A stretch of DNA of 64,000 nt from Octopus sinensis. Taxonomy: Eukaryota. The notes beneath the pieces are model-generated. The model was not told the DNA's origin, ran no database searches, and worked only from the letters and a program-made list of their open reading frames with translations. Where the stretch lies: NCBI RefSeq assembly GCF_006345805.1, contig NC_043005.1:79236001-79300000 (forward strand). Reading direction: 5' to 3'. The translations under genes and the position numbers were made by a program. Each line of letters opens with the position of its first letter. Position 1 is the first letter of the stretch. This document shows, piece by piece, positions 1 through 11,429 of this stretch.

Positions 1-540
1 TAAAGTGTGAGAGTTACGTTTAATGAAATGATTAAAAAAAAGGGATACAGGAAAGAAATAATGTATACACGGTATTCATTGAAAAAGGAAGGGACATATG
101 CATAGCATACAAAGGTTGAAAAATAGTGATTGGGATGATGATAGAGATGTGACCCTCCTGATATAGTAAGGCTTCTCGGGATAAACGAGGAACTACACTG
201 TCCGAGACCTCCCTGAAGCCCTAACAGCAAGTGCCCTTTCTAATTCCTTCTTTCCGACTCACAAGTCTACACTTAGAGAGGTTCCTTCTACTCTTGTTAT
301 TTTCGTAACTTGCACCCACCTTTCAATAAACCCACCCGAGGACAGTATTTTCCGCTCCACTCTCAATTTCCTTTTCAACTGAAATTTGAAAAAGTCAATG
401 AGAATTCTACCAAAGAGGGATGTATCTGTCCTCATGCCTTTCAGCCTTGCCCATCAAACACGCTCTTTCGTCACAGCTACCAGGCAAAGGAAAACTACCT
501 TGCCTGCCCGATAAAAGGTGGGCGGCGTTGCGATCACAAT
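1..540 (-). mobile_element. L1/Tx1-like LINE, 5'-truncated 3' fragment (ORF2 C-terminus + 3'UTR running off the window)
   Basis: Minus-strand translation ATPPTFYRAGKVVFLCLVAVTKERV*WARLKGMRTDTSLFGRILIDFFKFQLKRKLRVERKILSSGGFIERWVQV aligns by eye with the ORF2 C-termini at 12170-12388 and 53007-53213. Confidence 0.75.
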
Positions 541-1262
541 TACCATATTGGCGGCGCAAGACCAAGATATGGCCACGAACTGGAATGAGTAAATGTCTTT
601 GGAATATGCAAATGTCTCTGCTGCGCCGCGTCTGTAGTAGCGTGAAAGAAACCATGGCTCATACCACAACGAATGTCCTAGACTTGCCCAAAACTATTAG
701 AAGTTGTGGTGACATGATCAGGAAGCAAACATTCTACATTGGAAACTGTGCGGAAAGTGGAGGCTAAAGAGAGGCAACACGTGGTATGCGTACAATCGGC
801 AGAGAGCGGTAGAGTAGGAGACTAACAAAATCCTCTGGGATTTCACAGTCCAAACAGATCAGGTGCTAGAGCATAACAGACCGAACCTAATGGTGGTTGA
901 CAAGACGCATGTGCTATATAGTTGATGTTGCATGCCCCTTTGACACACGAATAGACAAGAAGGAAGGCGAAAAAATAGATAAATACAACCTTCTTAAGTA
1001 CGAAATAGTCCGGCTATGGAAAATGAAGGTGAAGATAGTGCCAATTATTGTTGGTTCCTCGTGAACAGTATCGAAAGACATCAAGGAAATTGGAATAGGG
1101 TGACCAGTAGAACTGTTACAAAACGTTTGTCTTCTTAGCACGGCCGGAACAATCAGGAAAGTATTAACTGAAAATAACGGATAGCATGGTACCGTAGGCT
1201 GCAAGTAGCAAGACCGCTACGCATGCAAGTGTCCGGGAGTTCCAACAAAACCTGTGATAAAA
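541..1262 (+). mobile_element. R4/Dong-like non-LTR retrotransposon 3' fragment (CCHC knuckle + restriction-like endonuclease), frameshifted
   Basis: ILAAQDQ at 545; RVCSSVKETMAH knuckle; KILWDFTVQTDQVLEHNRPNLMVVDK; IVDVACPFD..EKIDKY..LKYEIVRLW; followed by a (TAA)n tail. Confidence 0.9.
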
Positions 1263-1266
1263 AGAA

Positions 1267-1278
1267 ATAACGATAATG

Positions 1279-1352
<74 letters not shown>

Positions 1353-1450
1353 TAACAACAACCACAACAACAATAATAATAATGATCATAATAATAAAAA
1401 TAAAAAAATAATAATGATAATAATAGCAATGATAATATTAGTGATAATAA
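1267..1450. repeat. (TAA)n microsatellite, tail/target of the upstream LINE
   Basis: Directly visible AAT array. Confidence 0.95.
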
Positions 1451-2438
1451 TATGCTTTATATGTAATGCAAATAGGAAGAGGCATAGACTTCAAATTGAT
1501 TCTTAGATAGAACATAATCAAGATAAAAACAGATTTAAAAGAAAATAGAAAAAAGTGAATATAAACTAGTATATTTCACTACAAAGTACTGAAGTAACTC
1601 TGTTTGAAGAAACTCTTGCGGTTGTGATAATTATTCAGTTATTTCGGATAACATCACTTGAGTTTATAGTATTTTTATTTGTCGTTTGTTTCCTATTGGC
1701 TGACATAGTGAAATCCTAGCAAGTGCTTATTATACAGAAATAAACATCTTCCTAATCCGCAGTGACATACAATAGCTTCAACTATATGGTCACAGTTAGA
1801 CAAGGTGGAATGATACAAGAGTTCTCTAAGGTATAAAATGGACAGCAATTGAAAGTAAAAGTCGATTGGAAAATTTTGAAATGGTTCAACTCTTTCGTCG
1901 AAATCTTGTAATACAAATCAGAGTTCAAAAAGTCATAAGCGTTTTAATTAAGATCGCTTAGGTTAAATAACTTGGTCGTCAAGTACTATCAAAAATTCCA
2001 CAGAGCTGGTGGTGAAAGCAACGACCCCTCGACCCATTCCCTCAACTCACATTTGATTAGATTTTACATTTGCCGTTGGAGTGATGACGCGATTATATAA
2101 CCCGATTAGAATAAATATTCATAATTTAAGAATAATGAGAATATTAGCAGAGGGATAAGAGAGAAATTAATAACATTACAGTAGTATTAATATTAGTATT
2201 AGTAGTAGTCGCGGCAGCAGCAGTAGTAGTTTGTAGTATTGTAGTTAAGATGGCGATGAATAATTTCTGAGCAATAAACCAAATGTTAATTATTTGTGTT
2301 ATCAATCATATATACAGCAATATGAAGAGTTGTGTGAACACAGCAGTCTACACAGATTTACTTTGTTGGACGCACAGAGTAATATATATGTGTAATTATA
2401 CATATATGAACATGTTCCCTTTTAGTGTATTTCTTTCC

Positions 2439-2518
<80 letters not shown>

Positions 2519-2735
2519 TACAATATTCAAACATACACACGTATATATACTAATATATACATAAGTATATGTATAAATACATATACATATCTATGTATAT
2601 ATACATGTATATACATACATGCGTATATATATATATATATATACATACATGTACATGTATGCGTATATATATGTATATGCACGTAAGAGAAAGTCTGCTT
2701 GTGTATGTGTGCGTGTGTGTATGAGTACATGTATA

Positions 2736-2787
<52 letters not shown>

Positions 2788-2824
2788 TGTGTGTGTGTGT
2801 ATGTGTGTGTGTGTATGTGTGTGT
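2439..2824. repeat. Compound (TA)n/(TACA)n/(TG)n microsatellite
   Basis: Directly visible. Representative of dozens of similar arrays across the window that generate most of the listed ORFs. Confidence 0.95.
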
Positions 2825-2984
2825 GAAAAGCATCACAGCATTGTATTTGAGACATCATTAATATTTGAACATCTGCTTTTATCACGCTATACATTTGACA
2901 TAAATAAATAAGTATATTTTCAAGCAAATGGTAAAAATCTATAATAATTGTTTCTGATTTAGGCACTGGGCCAGCAGTACTTGC

Positions 2985-3097
2985 ATGAGACGTTAATCGA
3001 TTACATCGACCCCCAGTACTTGACTGTTACTTTAGTTCATCGATCGCAACAAGATAAAAATGGATATTGACCTCATTTGAATTTGAGCCCAAAACGT
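2985..3097 (-). mobile_element. Degenerate fragment of SINE family B/C
   Basis: aatcgattacatcgacccccagt...tttgaatttgag resembles the reverse complement of the SINE body at 24879-25109. Confidence 0.5.
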
Positions 3098-3116
3098 GAA
3101 AAAAAAAACAATACTA

Positions 3117-3933
3117 TTTTACTCTTTTACTTGTTTCAGTCATTTCACTGTGGCCATGCTGGAGCGCTGCCTTTAGTCGAGCAAATCGACCGTAGCATTT
3201 AGTCTTTGTAAGCTTAGTTCTTATTCTATCGGTGTATTTTTCCGAACCACTAAGTTACTGGGACGTAAACACACCAGCATCGGTTGTCAAGTGATGTTGG
3301 GTGCGGCAAAACACAGACACACAAACACACACACACACACACACATAAACACACACAGAAACACACACACACATATATATATACTAGCAGTATCGCCCGG
3401 CGTTGCTCAGGTTTGTAAGGGAAATAACTATAAAGCATTTTTAGAGAGTTATAGCCAAAAAATAGCAAAAAAATGGAAAACAAATGATGGTAAATTTTTT
3501 TGAGAGTTAAAAAAGGTGGAGTTGCGTCCCCTAGACGGTCTGTGGTTTGGATTTCTGATTCTCGACCCCATGTCGAATTTATCGATTTTTTTCAGAACTG
3601 GGGGAACTTTTCAAAATTTTAGCTGCGTTAGTTTTGAATTATTACATTGGGCTATGTGTGTGTCAAGTTTCATCAGAATCGGTTGAAAGCCGTGGTCAGA
3701 GTGAGGGTACGAGAAAACAGACACACAGAAAATGCACAGACAAACTGCCGTTTATATAGAGAGAGATATATACGACGGGCTTCTTTCAGTTTCCGTCTAC
3801 CAAATCCAATGACAAGACCTTGGTCGGCCCGAGGCTATAGTAGAAGTCACTTGCCCAAGATGCTGCGCATTGGGACTGAACCGGGAACCATGAGGTTCGG
3901 AAGCAAGCTACTTACCACACAACCACTCATACC
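3117..3933 (-). mobile_element. tRNA-derived SINE family A (head + CORE-like block, microsatellite linker, 3' domain, AAGAGTA tail), interrupted by a Helitron
   Basis: Colinear with copies at 21819-22227 and 33723-34115; A/B-box-like head (TGGCTGTGTGGTAAG / GGTTCAGTCCC in the better copies); CCTTGGGCAAGTG block. Confidence 0.9.
3384..3766 (-). mobile_element. Non-autonomous Helitron (family H1)
   Basis: On the minus strand: A|TC start, CTAG|T end, subterminal CCCG...CGGG-type hairpin about 11 nt before CTAG, no TSD; close copy at 22870-23252. Confidence 0.85.
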
Positions 3934-4022
3934 AATAAAATGCCGAATATATATAAAATATAGAATTTTCTTCGATGTTATAACGGTCACCTTAACGACA
4001 CCTCGATCACCTCGACGACAGA

Positions 4023-4076
4023 GACGATGATGACGATGGTGGTCGTGGTGATGGTAGTAGTGGTGAGGAAGGTGGA

Positions 4077-4115
<39 letters not shown>

Positions 4116-4320
4116 AACGATGGCGCTAACGCTGATGATGATGACAAGGCTGGTTTTGTTGTTGTTAGTTGTTGGTGGTGATGATACTGCTGCTGCAGCT
4201 AATGTTTGTGCTGCTATTGATGATGATGACGACGATGGTGATGATGATGATGAGAAGGAGAAGGTGGAAGACCGCTGATGGTAACAAGGAGGATAATAAG
4301 GATAATGGATATAATAACAG
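4023..4320. repeat. (GAT)n/(GTT)n-rich trinucleotide array
   Basis: Directly visible. Confidence 0.9.
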
Positions 4321-4503
4321 CAATTCAGCGCAAGGTCAGCAATTTTAAAGAACCTTGAGATTCGAAAAGCAAAATCCTCCCCAACAAGATCTAAATTCAG
4401 GAAGTCGAGAGATACAACATTTACGGCAGGGTGTTTTCTCCGACACTAACGATTCTACAAAATTTATTATCAATATTATTATTATTTTTATTATTATTAT
4501 TTT

Positions 4504-5291
4504 ATGTTTGACTTTTGCTTTACATTTGTATAAGTTGGCTCCAAGTCTCACCCAGAGACCTCAAGAGACAACAATTTGGAAGTTCCTGTTGGTGTTGAAA
4601 CCATAAGAAATTTTATGTTTGTTTTAAAACTTGAGATTACATAGAAAGTATTTTGTGTAGGACATGGGCAGTTCCCATGAACACTATCTTTTGAATTTCA
4701 GCCAGTTTGGGGTTTCCTGGTATCTGAGCTACGTAGCAATCAGTCCCTTTTGCTATCATTCCCAGGGCACTTATGGCAACAGGTATTGTTTTAGTCTTCA
4801 AGTTCCACATTTTGCTAAATTCTCTTTCAAGATCTTTATATTTGCTCAGCTTTTGGTAGGTCTTGACAGATACGTTTATATCGATTGGGACAGTCATATC
4901 AATGAGGAGGCATGATTTTTGTCTGGATCTTTGAATATGATGTCTGGCCTATTTGCATCTATCCTTCTGTCAGTTTGAATGGTGAAGTTCCAGAGGAGTG
5001 AGATGTGATTATTTTCAAGCACTGGAGGTGGTTTGTGTTACCACCAGTTTTTATCATGATGTAAGTCCAGGTTTTTTCAAATTACCCAGTGAATATATTG
5101 TGCAGCTCTATCATACCTGTTGAGACACTCTGTACGCGCTAGAAGACTGCACTTGGAGACAACATGATCAATAGATTCATTTTGATGTTGACATACACAA
5201 CACGTTGGGAAGCTACCGTTATTTAATATATTGGCCTGGTAGTTCCTTGTAGGTAGGCATTGATATTGGGCTGCTATGATAAACCCTTCTG
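4504..5291 (-). mobile_element. R4/Dong-like LINE 3' fragment, second subfamily
   Basis: EGFIIAAQYQCLPTRNYQ; CCVCQHQNESIDHVVSKC; LLWNFTIQTDRRIDANRPDII; ORF 4637-4897 (QKLSKYKDLEREFSKMW...GTAHVLHKIL); TTA arrays on both sides. Confidence 0.92.
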
Positions 5292-5309
5292 ATTATTATT
5301 TTTTTTATT

Positions 5310-5847
5310 GAGTGAGAGAGCAGTGCATGCCATCAAAGTGAAACTGAGGTAAAATATACGAAGCCCAGTATACCCATCATGACTACCCTTCTGATAAGGG
5401 TACACCAGGCACATGCATCACAACCATATGTGCGCGGCATGGCGATTTCATCTCAAGATAAACAGTGCATGACCTTTTAGTTGGGGCCCAGTTAGAATTG
5501 TCTGGTTGAGTAACCCATTCCACTCAAAAGGTCCCTGAATACGTGTTGCTTAAGGATGTTGAACAAACCACCCATGTTTCCAGGGGTGAATTATCCAAAC
5601 CTCCAAGAACTCCTTTCAACACATGGCTATGATGCTCCCCCACTGCTTCTGCTCAAGATCAGAGATGCACATATCGTCAGCCACTAAGGGACATGGTCAA
5701 TTGGTCATGGTCAAACAACTGACAAGCAAATCTGTGGTATTGAGCAGAATATTTGCTGTAGCCTATCTTTTATACGAAGACAAAGCAATGTACATGATAA
5801 CACGTCCAATCAGTTAAGATCGGGAGCCATGTGAGCAACTGTCTGGT
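5310..5847 (-). mobile_element. ORF-less ~540 bp putative non-autonomous retroelement with TAA/A tail
   Basis: High-complexity block bounded on both sides by TTA arrays and sandwiched between two Dong-like copies; no coding homology seen. Single copy here, so repeat status is inferred. Confidence 0.5.
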
Positions 5848-5877
5848 TTATTATCATTTATTATTATTATTATTATT

Positions 5878-6978
5878 CAGTAGTTTTATTTTTATAGCGT
5901 GCTTTCACTTCACTACCGAGCGCAGCTCTGTGTGCCTTGGGTATGTGCTGTGATTTGTTGTGATGCTCTGATGGTTATTGTATGGAAAGTGTTCTGCGTA
6001 GGATGTGTGCAGTGCCTAGTAGTGCAATTTCCTGTATGTTATATGTGTTTGTAAGTCCTGGTGTTTTTGTTATGTATTTGTCTGAATATTTTTTATCATG
6101 CCTAATGCACCTACTATGATAGGAATTGTTTCTGTTTTCAGATTCCACATTCTAGTTACCTCTATTTCCAGGTTTTTGTATTTTGAGAGTTTCTCCATTT
6201 CTTTTAGAGACACGTTGTCATCTGCCGGTATTGATACATCAATTAGAAAGCATTTTTTTCTTCATGATCTCTGACAACTATATCTGGTCTGTTGGCCTTA
6301 ATTTCTCTATCTGTGTGTATCGGCATATCCCAGAGTATGGTTGCTTTCTCGTTTTCTGAGACCTTTTCTGGTGTGTGCCTATACCATCTTTTTTCTGTTG
6401 TTATTCCATAATGTTGGCATAGCTTCCAATGTATGTAGGTTCCAACTCTGTCATGTCTGTGAATATATTCCTTCTTAGCCAGGACTGGGCAGCTAGAGAT
6501 AACATGATTTATTGTTTCTTTTCCATCTCCACATATTCTGCAGTTACTTGTAATATTTCTTTTCATTACATGTTTTTGGTAATTTCTGGTGGGGAGGCTT
6601 TGGTCTTGTGCTGCAATTAAAATCCTTCTCTTTCTGCTTTGAGTCCTGAGCTTCTCAACCATTGCTGGGATTTTTCTTTGTCTATTTCTTTTGCGTTTAG
6701 TTTAGTCCAGTATTTACCATGAAGGGGCTTTTCTTGCCATCGTTTTATCATGGTTCGTTGCTGTTCTATTTTTAGTTTGGATTTCATTTGTTTTATAGCT
6801 TTTGTTGTTTCTTCATCTTCTTCTTCTTCTTCTTCATGTTTATTAGGTGGTATGATTTCTTGTTTGTATTTGTCAGCTTCCTTAAATACTGGGAACTGTT
6901 TTTTGTTTTGCTCGTGTTTTGCCGCTATTTGTATCAGTTTTCCTTCCTTATTATTTGTATCAGTTTTCCTTCCTTATT
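5878..6978 (-). mobile_element. R4/Dong-like LINE 3' fragment, third subfamily
   Basis: WQEKPLHGKY..SQQWL; ORF 6243-6662 LIAAQDQSLPTRNYQ..CRICGDGKETINHVISSCPVLAKKEYIHRHDRV..ILWDMPIHTDREIKANRPDIVV; TTA arrays at both ends. Confidence 0.95.
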
Positions 6979-7077
6979 ATTATTATTATTATTATTATAT
7001 TATTATAATTATTATTATTATTATTATTCTTATTATTATTATTATTATTATTATATTATTATTATCATTATTATTAA
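6979..7077. repeat. (TTA)n microsatellite
   Basis: Directly visible. Confidence 0.95.
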
Positions 7078-8445
7078 GGAAAAGCATTATTGTCCTCAAT
7101 GGTTACATTGAGCCAGCCAGGAGCTGCACCTATCGTGTTTGCAGAGTGCAAGGCAACAGCATCAGCTTTCAGAGGAGAAGCCCAGCTAGTTTACAAGTTG
7201 TAATTAGAAAAATCACATAAAGATTTCGTGCTTCGAAGTGCAAGTAAATAATTGGATTTTAAAAAATGTTAGAATAGTTGAAAATGGAGAGAAAGAACAA
7301 ATGAAGGACCTAGATAATTCAATTTCCAGAAATATTGTAAATCTACTTCAATGAATGCCCCAATACCCCAATATATTTCCGCGTTTATATTAACATCAGC
7401 TAAGGGAAACGACGACAAGCGATGTATGTGTCCCTCCTAATAATCCAGCCTGGTCGTCTTCTGATAACGAGCTCTGAATGGAGAACTAATGGGAATCGCA
7501 AGCTGTAGGAAATTTCTATGGACAAGTTACGGGTTACGGCAGGAAACCCCGTGAAATGTTAGATGTGTGCCCTTCATGCCGAGAGAAATATAAAAGCTAT
7601 AATTCTTGGTCATAATTATCTCTTTCTGTAATAGTATATGTCTATATTTGTGTCTTTACGTATAGTTCTTTTTAGGTGCAAGCATTTCTGTACGCACAAT
7701 ATTCTGTGTGTTTTTGAGTGAGCGTGTGCGACTATTCAATAATTTTGCATATATACAAACATATACAAGCGCACGCGCACACACACACACACATAATTTT
7801 TTTAAATGCACTGAGAAGCAAAACTAGTTAGTACAAGTTAAGGGCGTGGTATATCGATTCTACCCACAAACCCCTCTCAGTCGAGGACGGAGCATGCTCA
7901 AAACTCTCGCTTATTGAGTGCAATATATAGAAGAAGATCCTTAAAATCGTAAACGGTTGGTATTTATGCATTATAAAATGTACGTGTGTTTCGTTAACCA
8001 GCAGAACATCAATTATATCAGTATAAGTCCCAGTTACATAAGCAAACGCCGGCGGCCCCGTTCATCGGCGTTATTCCATAGAAAGCATTGCATAGAAAAC
8101 AAGGCATGGGTCATTGTGAATCTTTACTTTTCATCATCCAATTACTCTTCTCTCTCATGCTCTCTTCCCCTTTCAAATCCCACTCCGTTTATTCTATTAT
8201 CGTATGAATGTAAATGTTCTTATTTACCTGTTGGTGTCTATGAAGGCCCCCATTTTTTTCTGTTGTATTTTTGCCGTGTAATAATGAACAAAAGGGGCCA
8301 GGGTAATTTCTTCGTATTTTTTTCTGGGTCTTATGTAATACGTACACATTCTATAAGGCATTAATGCCGAATACATATTTCTGTGCTCCTGTCTACCTAT
8401 TATCCATCTAAATATATAAGGAAAGAAATTGTATTTCATATTCGA

Positions 8446-8526
8446 GGCTCTGATGAAGCTACAAGGTTTTATGCAAGAGCTACTTTCTAAGTCTACTGCA
8501 AATTATAACAGAAACAGCTGTAAGCT
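8446..8526 (+). ncRNA. Decayed type I hammerhead ribozyme motif (Penelope-like)
   Basis: GGCT-CTGATGA-a-GCTACAA...TTATAAC-a-GAAA-CAGCTG-TA-AGCT; palindromic stem III ACAGCTGT; stem II broken by two apparent G>A changes. Confidence 0.5.
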
Positions 8527-8617
8527 AATAAAGTTCCTAAGATGATCGCTTAATCATTTCTCATCTCATTTTCTTATATATGCATGTACTAGCTCGTCGG
8601 GCTCAGGACACTGAATG

Positions 8618-8648
<31 letters not shown>

Positions 8649-8890
8649 TGTATGTATGTATATATGTATCTATCTATCTATATATCTCTCTAACTCTCTC
8701 GCTATCTATTATATATATATATATATCATTGTATGGAAGTATAAACAAAAAGAATGAGACCTCAATATATCAAATATAGAGGCTACTTTAATTATTACAA
8801 TAACAGAATATACAGTAAATTGTAGTAAAATGGTACTCCGAGTTTCAGAAGATATATATATATATATGTGTAGGTCGGTGTGGGTGTATA

Positions 8891-8949
<59 letters not shown>

Positions 8950-9198
8950 GCCATACATAATCCTACACACACAGATACCTTTCTTATGTCTTGATATTTC
9001 ACGCATTGGTTGTTTACTCTCCAACCATTACTTTGCATATTCTAAGCATGATACTTTGTTACGGATAACATCGCTAACGGTCTATATCAGCTGTTTCGAT
9101 CCTGGGCTTTGCGGAGCCTGATGGTCTGCAAAGTTAGTACTGGACACACACACACACACGCACACACACACACACACACGCACACACACACACACACA

Positions 9199-9273
<75 letters not shown>

Positions 9274-9276
9274 CAT

Positions 9277-9346
<70 letters not shown>

Positions 9347-9426
9347 ATAATATATATAATATATATGTATATTAACGGCGGTGCATCAGAATGGCCGAAG
9401 CTCTGAGCGGAAATTAGAGAGAAAAA

Positions 9427-9470
<44 letters not shown>

Positions 9471-9487
9471 AGGATGGATATATTAAA

Positions 9488-9537
9488 AGGGGGCTGTGGG
9501 AAATAGAAAGGTTGGTAACCACTGTTGGGAACCACTG
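9488..9537. mobile_element. hAT/Charlie-like right terminal remnant, terminal 13 bp duplicated
   Basis: gggggctgtgggaaatagaaaggttggtaaccactg then ttgggaaccactg, the reverse of a CAGTGGTTCCCAA-type TIR; no left end found. Confidence 0.35.
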
Positions 9538-10050
9538 TAAAAAGATTGGGAATGACTGGTCTTCATATGATTATATATATGGTCAGATATATATATATAT
9601 GTGTGTGTGTATTTATGAGTTTGTACGTATATTGGTCCTTGTACAGCTTATACGGATGTAGCATATTTATTTACCTATGAATTCATATGCCCTTTAGTAA
9701 TCTTATTATTTCTGGAATATAGAATTCTGTATCTTAGAAATATGTTCAATTAAGATCCTAATTATCTCATCACTGCTAAAGTTAAGTTATTACATTGGAA
9801 TAACTACTGCTAACAGCCTTTTCTCTGTTCTCTGATGTAATTACTCTTTGAAACGTTTCATGAATATTCATCAGTTATTAACTTTGCATACAAATATCTT
9901 CGACCTGTTTATTACGCCAGAAAATGTAAGTTTAATCGAGGAGTTTCAGTTTCTAATCTCGCAAGTTATTTTAATAGAATAATTCCGGATTACAGATGTG
10001 CATGGAAAAACCTTTGTTGTTAGTTATAAAAAGGAAATTCAACGAAATCT

Positions 10051-10281
10051 TATTTCTTTATTGCCTACAAGGGGCTAAACCTAGAGGGGATAAACAAGGA
10101 AAAACACAGGGATTAAGTCGACTATATCAACCCCAGTGTGTAACTGGTACTTAATTTATCGATCCCGAAAGGATGAAAGGCAAAGTCTACCTCAACGGAA
10201 TTTGAACTCAGAAGGTAATGGCCGACGAAATACGGATATGCATTTCGCCCAGCGTGCTAACGTTTCTGCCAGCTCACCGCC
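10051..10281 (-). mobile_element. Full-length tRNA-derived SINE family B with 15-bp TSD
   Basis: Head GGCGGTGAGCTGGCAGAAACGTTAGC, B-box GAGTTCAAATTCC, tail ...CCTTGTAGGCAATAAAGAAATA; CAACGAAATCTTATT at 10040-10054 and 10288-10302. Confidence 0.93.
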
Positions 10282-10993
10282 CTAATGCAACGAAATCTTA
10301 TTGCCAAAAACGTTCATCCACGGAATTTCTTTTTCTACACCTTTCACAGTTTTTGTTTATTTTAAAAATGAATACACTTTTACTCTGCCTATTTCTGAAC
10401 CTCCTTCTCTTTCTTTCCTTTTTCTTTCTTCCTTTCTCTCTCCCCCTCTCTCCCGTCTCTTCCATAATCTCTCTCTTTACATAAGCAAGAGCAAGCGGAA
10501 ACAAAAAATCCCTTTATTTTTTTCTGAGCGAAAAAAGGGAGACAAGTTTAAACACTAAGTGATTTATTCATTCAATGTTATAGCTAGAGGTTCGATCTTT
10601 GGGCAAACCCAGTATTTTCTACTTCTACAAATTGCCCCATCATTCGAGTAGGGTGAGCACAATGCTGCGAAAAAGTTTCAGATGCCAACGTAGCAAACAT
10701 GCTGAATCATTGAGTGGTTTAGTTATTGCCCTGAATGGCTTAACTGTCCCACAAGTATTTTTTCCTGGGCTTGCTAGATTTATTCGTCCCGGCCTTTCAC
10801 TTTTCTAAGACTTTGTTTTCCCCCAATCAATTCAGTATTACAATTTTTCATACTGTCATTAACTGCGTTCTCCATATTTTTTATCGAAACATGCTCATTA
10901 TTTTCCTTATCCAACTGTGTGGTAACATAACCCTGCTATATTCATTCATGTCGATTTGCGTCTACAATTGTTAATTATCCTTTTATCAACTAA

Positions 10994-11425
10994 CTAGCAG
11001 CATAGCCCGACATTGCCCGGGTATGTAAGAGCCCCTAGTAGGCAACGACTAATCCCAATCTAGTCCTTTCCCTCTAGGGAACGAAGGCGCATGTGTAGGT
11101 TGCAATGTCTTCTCTTCACTCGAATACTTCTGTGTATACGATGTTCCTAGCTGTCCTTTTGGGCGATAAAAAGGTCGAGTTGTGTCCCCTAGACAGAAAA
11201 TGTGTTGCATATAAAAAGCTTAGATTTTCGACCCCATGTCGAATTTATAGATTTTTTTCAGAACTGGGGAAACTTTTCAAAATTTTAGACGCGTTAGTTT
11301 TGAACTATGACATTGGGCTATGTGTGTGTCAAGTTTCATCAGAATCGGTCGAAAGCCATGGTCAGGGTGAGGGTACAACCTGACAGACACACAGACAGAC
11401 AAACTGCCGTTTATATATATAGAGA
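10994..11425 (-). mobile_element. Non-autonomous Helitron (H1 5' part, different 3' part)
   Basis: A|TC start, CTAG|T end, hairpin CCCGG-GCAATG-TCGGG; 11168-11425 matches 3384-3766 while 11025-11165 does not. Confidence 0.85.
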
Positions 11426-11429
11426 TAAG

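Noticed and set aside
5641-5700. CTGACGA on the minus strand of the 540-bp element as a hammerhead
   Set aside because: Followed by GAAG rather than GAAA, and no coherent stems I/III.
7083-7190. Minus-strand peptide SPLKADAVAL..GWLNVTIED resembling an RNase H-like motif, or a host exon
   Set aside because: Only 36 codons, a stop immediately upstream, and no splice context or neighbouring domains; needs an HMM search.
9830-9890. CTGATG...GAAACGTTTC...CATCAG hammerhead-like words on both strands
   Set aside because: Core incomplete on the plus strand; stem I does not pair on the minus strand.
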